Origin: Gemmatimonadales bacterium
GTDB taxonomy: Bacteria; Gemmatimonadota; Gemmatimonadetes; Gemmatimonadales; GWC2-71-9
Reading direction: 5' to 3'
Assembly: GCA_039794085.1 (NCBI GenBank)
Contig: JBDIWC010000003.1
Coordinates: 72,152 to 136,151, forward strand
DNA: 64,000 nucleotides
Part shown: piece after piece, positions 21,298 to 31,059 of the stretch
How the letters are laid out: every line of letters begins with the position of its first letter
How positions within the stretch are numbered: position 1 is the first letter of the stretch
Made by a program: the position numbers and the translations under genes
Notes under the pieces: generated by a model
Database searches by the model: none
What the model was told of the DNA's origin: nothing
Seen by the model: the letters and a program-made list of their open reading frames with translations, nothing else

Positions 21298-23472
21298 CTA
21301 TTCCCTATTCTCTACTCCCCACTCCCCGCCCCACGTTCCCCAATCCAACGTCGCCCCCACGTAGACCTGGCGACTCGCCCCCGGTTCAAAGACCCGTCCG
21401 CCAAATCCGTTCACCGTGACGGCGCTGATGTACCGCCGGTTGAAGAGATTCTCCACGCCCACGAAGGGCCGGCCGGCCAGGCGCCCGGCGCCGAGGGTCC
21501 AGGTGGCGCGGAGTCCGGTGACGCCGACTCCCCACGATGCCGCCTGCTGGGTGTTGCGGTCATCGGCCCAGACGCCGCTCGCCAGGGTCTGGTCGAGGTC
21601 GAGGGTCACCGGCCCCAGAGCGGACCGGACGCCGAGCCGCAGTTGATGCAGCGGGACGCCCGGGAGCCGGTTCCCGTCCAGGGTATCGGTGACGCCGCCG
21701 TTCGTCACCCGGAATCGGGTGAACCGGAGATCGCTCAGGGTGTAGGCGCCCAGCATCGAAAGCCCGGTGAGGGGCCGGACCTGCAGCCCGGCTTCGACGC
21801 CCTGATGGCGGGTCCGCCCGGCGTTCTGGAAAAAGGCGCGGCCATCCTGCTCCCGGGCCTGGATCAGGGCGTCCCGCACGGTGATGCGATAGACGGCGAG
21901 GGAGTACTCGGCGACCCGCTGCCGGCCGCGGATGCCCCACTCGACGCTGACCGCCCGCTGGGGGCCGAGATTGCGGTTGAGGCCGATGACACCACCGGGG
22001 AGGCTCACCAGTTCGGTCGACGTGGGGGACTCGAAGGCCGTGCCGGCGGTGACCCAGGTGTTGTGCCGGTCATCGAGGGTGATCGTGACGCCCAGAGAGC
22101 CGCTCACGTTGGCCATCACCCGCCGGCCACTGTGGTCCTCGCCCCCGGCGGCGATCCGGTCCCGCACCGTGAACACCAGGCGATCGTATCGGAGCCCCCC
22201 GCTCAGCACGACGGGACCGGTCTGCCAGGAGGCGTGGGCAAAGGGTCCGAGTTCCGACACCGTCTCCCGCTGATCCACCAGGAGGGCGGTGGTGATCTGT
22301 CCCCCGTCCGAGCGGAAGTTCCGCCGCTCGTCCCGCATCCGCTGCACATCGGCACCGACGGTCAGCGTGCCCCGGTTCCCATCGAACGGAACGGCGGCTT
22401 CGGCCCGGGTGCCCAGCACGACCCGGTCGATGGTGTTGAAGGTGCCCTCCGTGGGACCGGCGGGTGCCGGAGGGGCCGTGGCCAGGGGATTCTCCAGGTC
22501 CCTCCATTGCACCCAGGCACCGAGGGAGGTTCGAACACCGCTGCCCGCACCACGCCCGGCCACCCCTCCCGGGCGGCCCTCCAGGTGCACCGAGAGTTGG
22601 GTCTGGGTGACGTCCTTGTCGGCTCCCCGCGCCACGTTGTTGGGCGCCGCGGCCGAGGGGGTGGACGCGGCCTCGGCGGCGGTGAGGGCGCCGGGGTTCT
22701 TCGCCTCGGGAGCATCCGCCACCGCCACCCGGAAACCGAGTTGCCAGCGCGAGGTGATGTCGTGGAGGACCCGGGCGGTTACCTGACGCTGGTCTGCACT
22801 GCTGTGGTCCCGGAAACCGTCGGTCTCCATCCGGGACACCGCGAGGCTCGCCACCGTGGCGTCGGAGCGGAAGCCGGACAGGAAGTGCCACTTGCGAGTG
22901 GCGAACGTGCCACCCTGGGCCCGGAACGACTGCGTGAACCCCCGCTCCTCCGGCAACCCGGTGGAGAATTGCAGAACGCCCCCGGCCGCGTTGCCGTAGA
23001 GCGCGCTCGAAGCGCCGCGGAGGATCTCGATCCGGTCCACCGACGCGAGGTCGAGGTTCGACAGTTGGCCCTGTCCGTCCGGCAGGGTCTGGGGCACTCC
23101 GTCGAGGACCAGCCGGAGACCTCGCATGCCGAAGCTGGACCGGCTCCCGAACCCGCGGATCGACAACCGCTGATCGAGAGAGGCGTTGTACCGGTTGGCC
23201 ACATGCACACCGGGAACATCGGCGAGGGCTTCGTCGAGCCCGAGGGTGGCACGACCCCGGGTGAGGGCCTCCCGGTTCAGGACCGAGATGGATGCGGGGA
23301 TCCGGGACAGCGGGGCCGTCTGCCGGGTGACCGTCACCGCGATGTCCGGAAGCCGGGCGGCCCTCGTGCTGTCGGTGCGGGTGGTATCCTGCTGTCCCCC
23401 CGCTGACGCGAGCGGGAGCGCCAAAAGGGAGAGGGCGACACCCAGAACGGTCGGCAGGGAGTGGGGGGGCAT
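21298..23472 (-). CDS. TonB-dependent outer-membrane receptor
   Basis: Signal peptide, plug motifs (SIRGFG, RIEILRGASSALYGNAAGGV), barrel strands, VENLFN..Y. Confidence 0.92.
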   Translation of the reverse strand: MPPHSLPTVLGVALSLLALPLASAGGQQDTTRTDSTRAARLPDIAVTVTRQTAPLSRIPASISVLNREALTRGRATLGLDEALADVPGVHVANRYNASLDQRLSIRGFGSRSSFGMRGLRLVLDGVPQTLPDGQGQLSNLDLASVDRIEILRGASSALYGNAAGGVLQFSTGLPEERGFTQSFRAQGGTFATRKWHFLSGFRSDATVASLAVSRMETDGFRDHSSADQRQVTARVLHDITSRWQLGFRVAVADAPEAKNPGALTAAEAASTPSAAAPNNVARGADKDVTQTQLSVHLEGRPGGVAGRGAGSGVRTSLGAWVQWRDLENPLATAPPAPAGPTEGTFNTIDRVVLGTRAEAAVPFDGNRGTLTVGADVQRMRDERRNFRSDGGQITTALLVDQRETVSELGPFAHASWQTGPVVLSGGLRYDRLVFTVRDRIAAGGEDHSGRRVMANVSGSLGVTITLDDRHNTWVTAGTAFESPTSTELVSLPGGVIGLNRNLGPQRAVSVEWGIRGRQRVAEYSLAVYRITVRDALIQAREQDGRAFFQNAGRTRHQGVEAGLQVRPLTGLSMLGAYTLSDLRFTRFRVTNGGVTDTLDGNRLPGVPLHQLRLGVRSALGPVTLDLDQTLASGVWADDRNTQQAASWGVGVTGLRATWTLGAGRLAGRPFVGVENLFNRRYISAVTVNGFGGRVFEPGASRQVYVGATLDWGTWGGEWGVENRE

Positions 23473-23543
23473 GGGGTCGAAAGGTAGCAAGGTTCGAGGG
23501 TCGCTTGAATCGGCCCGCCTCGGGGCCTACCTTCCCTCCGCGC

Positions 23544-24626
23544 ATGACTCATCCCAACCCGCCTCCCGACCCGATGCCCGTTCCTCTTCTGGAGGCGCCC
23601 GAGGCCCGTTTCCTTCCCGCCCCCGCCGATGGGGTGATGCCGGAAGGGTTCTTCGCCACCACCAACCTTCCGACCTGGGTGCGGTTGTCGGAGGGATGGG
23701 TCATGCCGATGCATGCGCGCATGGATGGAGTCATCGTGCGGCGCTCGGAGTCGTTGGTGGTCCTCGAACCTCGGCGGGTGCACCAGGGAGAGCTGGTGGC
23801 CATGGGACTCGCCGAAGACGGATCGGAGGGCATCTGGGTCGACACCCACGGGTTCCTCCACACGCCCACCCCGGGGCAGGGCTTCCAGTTCATGTCCACC
23901 GAGGTAAGCCGGGAGCGCCCGGTGGACTATGCCGACCTCGCCTCACGGCTCGTTCGGGAGCGGGACACCAGCGGCTTTCTGGTCTGGGTGGTGGGGCCGG
24001 CCCTGGTGCACTCCCGGGCGCGAGCCGACTTCGAGTGGTTCATTGCGCAGGGATTCGTGCAGGCGGTCCTGGCCGGCAACGCGGTGGCGGTGCACGACAT
24101 CGAGGCGGCCCTCTACGGGACCACCCTGGGAATGCGCGGAACCGGACGGGCGGCCGAGGGGGGTCATGCCCTCCACATGAGGGCCATCAACCGGATCCGC
24201 GCGATCGGCTCCATCGAGGAGGCCGTGCGGAGCGGAGTCGTCACCAGTGGCATCATGCACTCCCTCGTGACCCACGAGATCCCCTGGGTGCTGGCCGGGT
24301 CCATTCGCGACGACGGTCCGCTCCCGGGAGTGGTCACCGACGTTCTTGACGCGCAGGACGCCATGCGGCCCTTCACCATCCGCGCCACGGGGGCTCTCTT
24401 CATCGCCACGGCCCTCCATGCGATTGCGGTGGGGAACATGCTTCCGGCCTTTCATCTCCATCGCGGTGTGCCCGAGCCGGTGCTCACCGTCTGCGTGGAT
24501 CAGACCGAGTTCGTCGTCAGCAAGCTCAAGGATCGGGGCACCCATCAGGCGGTGGGTGTGGTCACCAACGCCCAGGACTTCATGCACGTTCTTCGACACC
24601 ACGTGGCGGCATGCAACCCAGCCTGA
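23544..24626 (+). CDS. TIGR00300 / LOR-SDH-domain protein (ornithine cyclodeaminase-like domain of ArgZ/AgrE)
   Basis: APADGVMPEGFFATTN, FMSTEVSRE, GNAVAVHDIE, LAGSIRDDGPLP, KLKDRG. Confidence 0.8.
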   Translation: MTHPNPPPDPMPVPLLEAPEARFLPAPADGVMPEGFFATTNLPTWVRLSEGWVMPMHARMDGVIVRRSESLVVLEPRRVHQGELVAMGLAEDGSEGIWVDTHGFLHTPTPGQGFQFMSTEVSRERPVDYADLASRLVRERDTSGFLVWVVGPALVHSRARADFEWFIAQGFVQAVLAGNAVAVHDIEAALYGTTLGMRGTGRAAEGGHALHMRAINRIRAIGSIEEAVRSGVVTSGIMHSLVTHEIPWVLAGSIRDDGPLPGVVTDVLDAQDAMRPFTIRATGALFIATALHAIAVGNMLPAFHLHRGVPEPVLTVCVDQTEFVVSKLKDRGTHQAVGVVTNAQDFMHVLRHHVAACNPA

Positions 24627-25003
24627 CGATTTCCGACGTCCCCGGCGAGGGCGCCGCCTGGGTCCGCATGGCGGCTGAGGTGGGTGCCACCGTCCCCCGG
24701 GAGGAGATCGACGGATGCTGGGCCTTCCGCCCGATCCGGCGCGAGGAGCGGGAGTTCGGAACTGCGGTGATCTCCCGCGTCGACGGGGATCGCCGCCGGA
24801 TCTACACGGCCCGCTACATCCACGTCATCAAGGGGAAGGAGCGGGGCGGCTTTTCCTGCGTGGTCGAGGAGGTGGGAAGCGGTCCGCTCGAGGCCCTCGA
24901 CGAACTCCTGGCGGCGGTCCCCCGGCGGTCCGACGAGGACCCCCCCGCACCGGTTCCCCGGGAGCGGTGGTTTCCGGAGCCCGATGCCCAGGCCTCCGAG
25001 TAG
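24611..25003 (+). CDS. Hypothetical protein (130 aa)
   Basis: Overlaps both neighbours in an operon-like arrangement. Confidence 0.6.
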   Translation: MQPSLTISDVPGEGAAWVRMAAEVGATVPREEIDGCWAFRPIRREEREFGTAVISRVDGDRRRIYTARYIHVIKGKERGGFSCVVEEVGSGPLEALDELLAAVPRRSDEDPPAPVPRERWFPEPDAQASE

Positions 25004-25466
25004 CCCGGCCGACGAACAGGTCGGACGTTTCGTCCGATACCTGCGCGAGCGCGGGCTCTCCGTGACCAAACCCCGCCTGGCGGTGGCCCGGGTCCTCTTC
25101 TCCTCGGAAGGACACCCCTCCGTGGAAGAGATCCAGGAGGCCCTCCGGGAGCGTGCTGAGCATGTGGGAACGGCCACCGTGTATCGCGCCCTGGACCTCC
25201 TGGTGCAGAGCGGGTTGGCCCTGGAACACGACTTCGGCGAGCCGTTCCGTCGCTTCGAACCGGCCGGGTCGACGCCCCAGCATGAGCATCTGCTCTGCCA
25301 GCGATGCGGGCGGGTCGTGGAGTTCCATCACGACCGGCTGGAACGGATGCTGCAACTGATCGCCGATGAGCACAACTTCGTCCCACGACGGCATCGCGTC
25401 GAAATCCATGGATGGTGCGCCGAGTGCCAGGCCCGCGGCGCCCCGTCCTCAACCGGCAGGAGATGA
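24984..25466 (+). CDS. Fur-family transcriptional regulator
   Basis: ATVYRALDLL helix, HEHLLCQRCG, C-terminal CAEC. Confidence 0.93.
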   Translation: MPRPPSSPADEQVGRFVRYLRERGLSVTKPRLAVARVLFSSEGHPSVEEIQEALRERAEHVGTATVYRALDLLVQSGLALEHDFGEPFRRFEPAGSTPQHEHLLCQRCGRVVEFHHDRLERMLQLIADEHNFVPRRHRVEIHGWCAECQARGAPSSTGRR

Positions 25467-25474
25467 CCTGATCG

Positions 25475-26200
25475 ATGGACGCACCGAACATTGGACTTGC
25501 CATTGCCTTCGTGGGCGGGCTCCTCAGCTTCCTGAGCCCCTGCGTCCTCCCGCTGGTCCCGTCCTATCTCGGGTTTATCACCGGCATGACGCTGGACGAG
25601 ATGAAGGGGCGTCGTCGGCTCGCCATGACCCACGCCATTCTGTTCGTCCTCGGCTTTTCGCTGATCTTCATCCTCCTGGGGGCGAGCGCCACGGCCCTGG
25701 GACGCGCGCTCAAGTACTATGAGGTGTGGGTGACCCGGGCCGGCGGCATCCTGATCATCCTCTTTGGCCTGTATCTCCTGGGGGCGTTCCGCATCGGATT
25801 CCTCGCCCGGGAACAGCGCATGCACATGGAGCGGAAGCCGCTCGGCTATCTCGGATCCGTGTTGGTCGGGATTGCCTTCGGGGCGGGCTGGACCCCCTGC
25901 ATCGGCCCGATCCTCGGCGGCATCCTCGGACTCGCCGCCACCGAAGGGGACACCTCGCGGGGCGTCGCGCTGCTCTCCGCCTACTCGGCGGGCCTCGCCG
26001 TGCCGTTCCTCGCAGCGGCCTGGGCGGTGGAGTCGTTCCTCGACTGGTTCCAGAGGTTCCGGCGTTATCTTCCCTGGGTGCAGCGCATCAGCGGGATCCT
26101 GCTCCTGCTGGTCGGCATTCTCCTCCTGTCGGGGCAGTTCACCCGGCTGGCAGGCTGGCTCTCGGGATTCACCCCCGAGTTCCTGCGGCAGTGGCTGTGA
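25475..26200 (+). CDS. ccdA: Cytochrome c biogenesis protein CcdA
   Basis: SFLSPCVLPLVP and GWTPCIGPIL. Confidence 0.9.
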   Translation: MDAPNIGLAIAFVGGLLSFLSPCVLPLVPSYLGFITGMTLDEMKGRRRLAMTHAILFVLGFSLIFILLGASATALGRALKYYEVWVTRAGGILIILFGLYLLGAFRIGFLAREQRMHMERKPLGYLGSVLVGIAFGAGWTPCIGPILGGILGLAATEGDTSRGVALLSAYSAGLAVPFLAAAWAVESFLDWFQRFRRYLPWVQRISGILLLLVGILLLSGQFTRLAGWLSGFTPEFLRQWL

Positions 26201-26308
26201 GGGTGGGAGACGAGTGAGACGTCTCCAGTAGGTAGATGGCATGACACCGCCACCGGGGACGCCCATTCCGGGCTTCCCCCCGATGGCCGACAGCACCAGG
26301 AGGTACCG

Positions 26309-27154
26309 ATGATGAACCACCGTACTGCTGGCCCGTGGATCGCGATGGCCGTCCTGATGACGGCCTGCGGCGGCGACCAGCCCGTCACTGACGACACTCT
26401 CCCCCGGGACCTCTCGCTGGCGCCTGCGGAGACGGTCTATGTCATGGACGACCGGGCCTCGACCGCCGAGCCCGAGCCGACGCCGCCCCCGCCGCCCCCC
26501 GTGGCTCGGCTTGCTCCGCGCCGGACACCACCCCCGCCCCCGCCGCCGCCCCCACCCCCACCGGCGCTGACCCGGAACCTGGCGCCGGCACCACCTCCGG
26601 CTCCACCCGCGCCTCCACCACCCCTGTCCCTCGCGCGCGGGACGTCGTTTCAGGTGCAGACGATGCAGGACACCATCACCTCCCGGAGAAACAAGGCCGG
26701 GGAGACGATGACGGTCACCGTGCCCAGCGATGTGAGAGATGCCAGTGGGGCCGTGGTGATTCCCGCCGGCTCGCGGATGACCCTGGAGATCGTCGAACTG
26801 GGGCCCTCGGAGAACAAGGGTGACGACGTGGGCAAGCTCACCCTCCGGCCGAGCCGGGTGACCATCCGCGGCAAGTCGTACCCGCTCTCCGCCCGGGTGA
26901 CCAGCGTCGAGTATGAACTGCAGGGTCGCGGTGTCCAGGCCGGCGACGTGGCGAAGGTCGGCATCGGCGCGGCGGCCGGGGCTGTGCTCGGCAACATCCT
27001 CGGGGGAAAGAAGGGCACCGTCGTCGGCGGTGTGGTCGGAGCCGGGGCCGGCACCGCCGTCGCGGTGCAGGGGGTGGACCGGGACGTCGTGATCCTCCCG
27101 GGTGCCCGGATCGATATCACCCTCTCCGATCCCCTCGAGGTTCCGCGGAACTGA
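26309..27154 (+). CDS. Proline-rich lipoprotein with glycine-zipper segment
   Basis: LMTAC lipobox; poly-Pro linker; GAAAGAVLG...GGVVGAGAGT. Confidence 0.75.
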   Translation: MMNHRTAGPWIAMAVLMTACGGDQPVTDDTLPRDLSLAPAETVYVMDDRASTAEPEPTPPPPPPVARLAPRRTPPPPPPPPPPPPALTRNLAPAPPPAPPAPPPPLSLARGTSFQVQTMQDTITSRRNKAGETMTVTVPSDVRDASGAVVIPAGSRMTLEIVELGPSENKGDDVGKLTLRPSRVTIRGKSYPLSARVTSVEYELQGRGVQAGDVAKVGIGAAAGAVLGNILGGKKGTVVGGVVGAGAGTAVAVQGVDRDVVILPGARIDITLSDPLEVPRN

Positions 27155-27160
27155 CCGGGA

Positions 27161-27588
27161 GAAGTTTGAAGTTTGAAGTGGACGCCGGATCTCAACTGGA
27201 GCGGGATCGTCACCCCGGCGGAAGCCGGGGTCCATTTTCCAGAGTGGCGATCAGCCTCGATCCACGGGTGAAGCCCGGGGCTCGGCGCCCGCGGCGACGG
27301 GTCCTGAAGGATGGTGACTGTTTCGTGGACCGGAATCATCCCGTGAACGGAGTCATCCCGAGCCGCAAGGCGAGGGATCTGAGGAGGTCGCGGGTGTACT
27401 CCCCGCGGGCCAGACTCCGAAGTCAGGACGTGAAGTTGTTGGTTGTCCTGGTGGCGCCTGGTTGGGGCGGTGTCTTCGTGAGCCCTTGCCTGCCCGACCA
27501 TGGACCCCGGCGTTCGCCGGGGTGACGCTCCGATGTACCTTCGAGGTCCCGAACACTTCAAACTTCAAACTTCGAACTTCAAACTTCG
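27161..27588. repeat. Composite intergenic repeat: inverted heptamer tracts enclosing an inverted REP-like pair
   Basis: (GAAGTTT)n at 27161 and (CTTCAAA/CTTCGAA)n at 27556; CGTCACCCCGGCGGAAGCCGGGGTCCA 27208-27234 with an inverse copy 27501-27527. Confidence 0.85.
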
Positions 27589-27602
27589 ATTACCTTTCGC
27601 GG

Positions 27603-28565
27603 ATGCCGCCCGACTCCGCCACGCCTGTCGGCCTTCGCCTGACCGAACGCCGGAACCCCCGAACCCAGCACATCGACACCGCGACCCCCCGGGAGATTGT
27701 CGATCTCATGTGCGCCGAGGATGCCACGGTCCCCGAACTGGTCCGGGACGTGGGTGACGCGATCGCCGCCGCGATCCAGGCCGTCGAGGAGGCGCTTCGG
27801 GGCGGGGGTCGGCTGTTCTATCTCGGGGCCGGGACCAGCGGCCGGCTGGGGGTGCTCGATGCCTCGGAATGCCCCCCGACCTTCGGATCCGATCCGGCGC
27901 AGGTGATCGGGATCATCGCCGGGGGACCCGCGGCGCTGGTCCAGTCGATGGAGGGCGTGGAGGACGACGAAGGCGCCGCCCGCTCCGCGGTCGAGCACCA
28001 CCGGATCGGATCCCTCGACGTGCTGGTGGGAATCGCGGCGAGCGGGGTGACCCCCTTCGTCCGTGCGGCACTCCTGCAGGCCCGCACCCGCAAGGCGCAC
28101 ACCGTGCTCCTCTGCTGTGCCGCCCCCCCGGAGAACCTGCGGATGGCATGCGACGTCGTCATTCTGGTGCCGACCGGACCGGAGGTGATCACCGGATCCA
28201 CCCGGCTCAAGGCGGGCACCGCCACCAAGCTCGTCCTCAACATGATCTCCACCGGCGCCATGATCCGGCTGGGAAAGACCTGGGGCAACCTGATGGTGGA
28301 TCTCCAGGCCCGGAGCGCCAAACTGCGGGACCGGGGGGAGCGCATCCTGATCGAGGCCACCGGCATCGACCGCGAATCGGCTCGGGGCGCCATCGACGCG
28401 GCCGGTGGCAGCGTGCGCACGGCGATCGTGATGGTGTTGCTCAACCGGTCCCGCGCGGAGGCCGAGCGGGAACTCCTCCTCCATGACGGCCGCCTCCGCG
28501 CGGTCGTCGGCGACCCACCTCCTCCCCCTCCCCCTCCCCCTCCCCCTCCCCCGGTGCCCTCATGA
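27603..28565 (+). CDS. murQ: N-acetylmuramic acid 6-phosphate etherase
   Basis: TERRNP, GAGTSGRLGVLDASECPPTF, GPEVITGSTRLKAGTA. Confidence 0.96.
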   Translation: MPPDSATPVGLRLTERRNPRTQHIDTATPREIVDLMCAEDATVPELVRDVGDAIAAAIQAVEEALRGGGRLFYLGAGTSGRLGVLDASECPPTFGSDPAQVIGIIAGGPAALVQSMEGVEDDEGAARSAVEHHRIGSLDVLVGIAASGVTPFVRAALLQARTRKAHTVLLCCAAPPENLRMACDVVILVPTGPEVITGSTRLKAGTATKLVLNMISTGAMIRLGKTWGNLMVDLQARSAKLRDRGERILIEATGIDRESARGAIDAAGGSVRTAIVMVLLNRSRAEAERELLLHDGRLRAVVGDPPPPPPPPPPPPPVPS

Positions 28566-29656
28566 CCGAACGACCCGTCCTCGCGATCGGCCTCATGTCG
28601 GGCACCTCGCTCGACGGCATGGATGCCGCCCTGGTGCGCCTCGAGGGCCCGGCACGCGCGCACCTCCTCGCATTCGAGACCCGGCCCTATGCGTCGGCGG
28701 AGCGCGCCCTTCTCGAAAAGTGCCTCCATGACGGGTCCTCGGCCGACTTCGCCCGCCTGCATGTGCAACTCGGTGTCTGGGCCTGCGAAGCCGTGGACCA
28801 GGTGCTGGCCACCGGACGCACCCGGGCCAGCACGTTGGACTTCATCGCCTTCCCGGGCCAGACTCTCTGGCACGAGCCGGGCCGGGTGAGCTGGCAGCTC
28901 GGCGAACCGGCGGTGCTGGCGGAGCGATTCGGGGTGCGGGTCGTGAGCGGGTTCCGGGCCCGGGATGTGGCGGCGGGAGGGGAGGGGGCTCCCCTCGTGC
29001 CGATGGCCGATGTGCTCCTCTTCGGGGCCCCGGATCATGCCCGGATCCTGCTCAACATCGGGGGGATGGCCAACGTCACCTTCGTGCCGCGCCGGGAGGC
29101 CGACCACGGCGTTCTCGCCTTCGACACCGGACCGGGGATGGTGCTGATCGATGCCTTGGCCCGGCGGCACGACCCGGCCCTTCCCTTCGACCGGGACGGA
29201 GCGGTGGCGGCGGCGGGTCGGGTCGATGAGGCCACGGTCACCGCCGTGCTGGCCGATCCCTGGTTTCACCGATCGCCGCCCAAGAGCACGGGCCGGGAAC
29301 ATTTTGGAGACGGGTTGGTCGGACAGTTGGGGGCCGGGCCCGATGCGGTGGCCACCGCAGTTGAGATCACGGTCCGGTCGATCGCCGACGCGATTACGCG
29401 CTGGCTCCCGGCCGGCTCCGAGATCCTCGTGTCGGGAGGGGGGACGCGGCATCCGGTGCTGCGGAAACGGTTGGATGAACTTCTGGCGCCCCGTACCGTG
29501 CGGGACTTCTCCGACGTCTACTTCTCCGGCGATGCCAAGGAGGCGGTCGCCTTTGCCCACCTCGGCTATCTCACGGTGCATGGCCAGCCCGGCAACCTCC
29601 CCGAGGTCACGGGGGCCCGCGGACCGCGGGTGCTCGGGAGCATCACCCCGGCGTGA
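28562..29656 (+). CDS. anmK: Anhydro-N-acetylmuramic acid kinase
   Basis: GLMSGTSLDGMD, GGEGAPLVP, NIGGMAN, FDTGPG, PKSTGRE, KEAVAFA. Confidence 0.95.
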   Translation: MTERPVLAIGLMSGTSLDGMDAALVRLEGPARAHLLAFETRPYASAERALLEKCLHDGSSADFARLHVQLGVWACEAVDQVLATGRTRASTLDFIAFPGQTLWHEPGRVSWQLGEPAVLAERFGVRVVSGFRARDVAAGGEGAPLVPMADVLLFGAPDHARILLNIGGMANVTFVPRREADHGVLAFDTGPGMVLIDALARRHDPALPFDRDGAVAAAGRVDEATVTAVLADPWFHRSPPKSTGREHFGDGLVGQLGAGPDAVATAVEITVRSIADAITRWLPAGSEILVSGGGTRHPVLRKRLDELLAPRTVRDFSDVYFSGDAKEAVAFAHLGYLTVHGQPGNLPEVTGARGPRVLGSITPA

Positions 29657-31059
29657 ACCCGGCACGACTCGTCCTGCCCGCGGTTCGGTGGGATGACCCC
29701 CGGGGAGTGGAGGTGGCTCGGGATGATGCGCTCCGGGCCATCGACGCCGGGGCGGGGGGAGTGATCCTCTTCGGAGGCAGCACCGAGTCGGTGCCGCGCA
29801 TGGTGAAGCAACTTCAGGGGGCCGCAGACTGGCCGCTGCTGGTAGCCTCCGATCTGGAACGGGGGGCGGGGCAGCAGGTGGCCGGATTGACCGAGCTTCC
29901 CCCTCCCGGTGCCCTGGGTTGGATCGACGATTCCGAGCTCTCCCGCGAGGCGGGACGGCGCACGGCCCGCGACGCCCGGTCTGTCGGCATCAACTGGGTT
30001 CTCGCCCCGGTGGCGGACCTTGATGCCGAGGCCGACAACCCGATCGTGCAGAGCCGGGCCTTCGGCGACGATCCCGAGAGGGTGGCGGTGCATGTCCGGG
30101 CCTGGATCGAGGGGTGCCAGGAATCGGCGCTCGCTTGTGCCAAGCACTTTCCCGGCCATGGTCGCACCACCGCGGACAGCCATCTCACCCTGCCGGTGGT
30201 GTCCGCGTCGGGCGCCCTGCTCGAGCGGGATCGGATTCCGTTCCGGGCCGCGGTGCAAGCCGGCGTGTCCGGCATCATGACCGCGCACGTTGCCTATCCC
30301 TCTCTTGATCCGACAGGAACGCCCGCCACCTTCTCCGCTCCGATCCTGGCCGGACTCCGTACCGAGGGGTTCGAGGGGGTCATCGTGACCGATGCCCTGA
30401 TGATGGAGGGGGCCCGGCAGTCGAAGGGACCCGGAGAGGCCGCCTGCCGGGCGCTCGCCGCCGGGGTCGATCTCCTCCTCTATCCCGAGGAGCCGCTGGC
30501 GGTCATCGCGCGACTGCGGGACCGAGTCTCGGAGGACGAGTCCTTCGCGGCCCGGGTACGGGAGAGTCTGGCACGATGGGAGACAGCGGCCCGGGCAGCC
30601 ACGGCGAAACCCGCCCCGGGCGTGGATCTCCCCGGGCTCGATCGTCTCCTGGCCACGCGCATCCTGTCCGAGGGGCTGATCCGCGGGGACGAACCGGTGC
30701 TCCGCTCTCCCGTCGACCTGGTGGTGGTGGATGATGATCAGGAGGGGACCTGGCCTCCCTCCTCTCCGCACGTCGTGTCCGAGGCCCTGGGGCGTGCCGG
30801 GGTTCCCCTCGGCGAGGGAGGGAGCCGCCTGGTGCTGGTGTTCTCCGAGCCACGCGCCGGCAAGCGACGGGCCACGCTCGGCCCGCGGGCCCGGGCCGCT
30901 CTGGGCGATGCGCTCCCCGGTGCCGATCTCGTGGTGCTTTTCGGGCATCGGCGCATCGCCGAGGAGATTCAGGGGACGGTGCCCGTTCTGGTGGCCTGGC
31001 ACCGGCAGCGGCTGATGCAGGAATCGGTGGCGAACTGGATCCGGGATCGCATCCGGTGA
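29653..31059 (+). CDS. nagZ: GH3 beta-N-acetylglucosaminidase (NagZ-like)
   Basis: DLERG, APVAD, KHFPGHG..TADSH, MTAHV, TDALMM. Confidence 0.85.
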   Translation: MNPARLVLPAVRWDDPRGVEVARDDALRAIDAGAGGVILFGGSTESVPRMVKQLQGAADWPLLVASDLERGAGQQVAGLTELPPPGALGWIDDSELSREAGRRTARDARSVGINWVLAPVADLDAEADNPIVQSRAFGDDPERVAVHVRAWIEGCQESALACAKHFPGHGRTTADSHLTLPVVSASGALLERDRIPFRAAVQAGVSGIMTAHVAYPSLDPTGTPATFSAPILAGLRTEGFEGVIVTDALMMEGARQSKGPGEAACRALAAGVDLLLYPEEPLAVIARLRDRVSEDESFAARVRESLARWETAARAATAKPAPGVDLPGLDRLLATRILSEGLIRGDEPVLRSPVDLVVVDDDQEGTWPPSSPHVVSEALGRAGVPLGEGGSRLVLVFSEPRAGKRRATLGPRARAALGDALPGADLVVLFGHRRIAEEIQGTVPVLVAWHRQRLMQESVANWIRDRIR

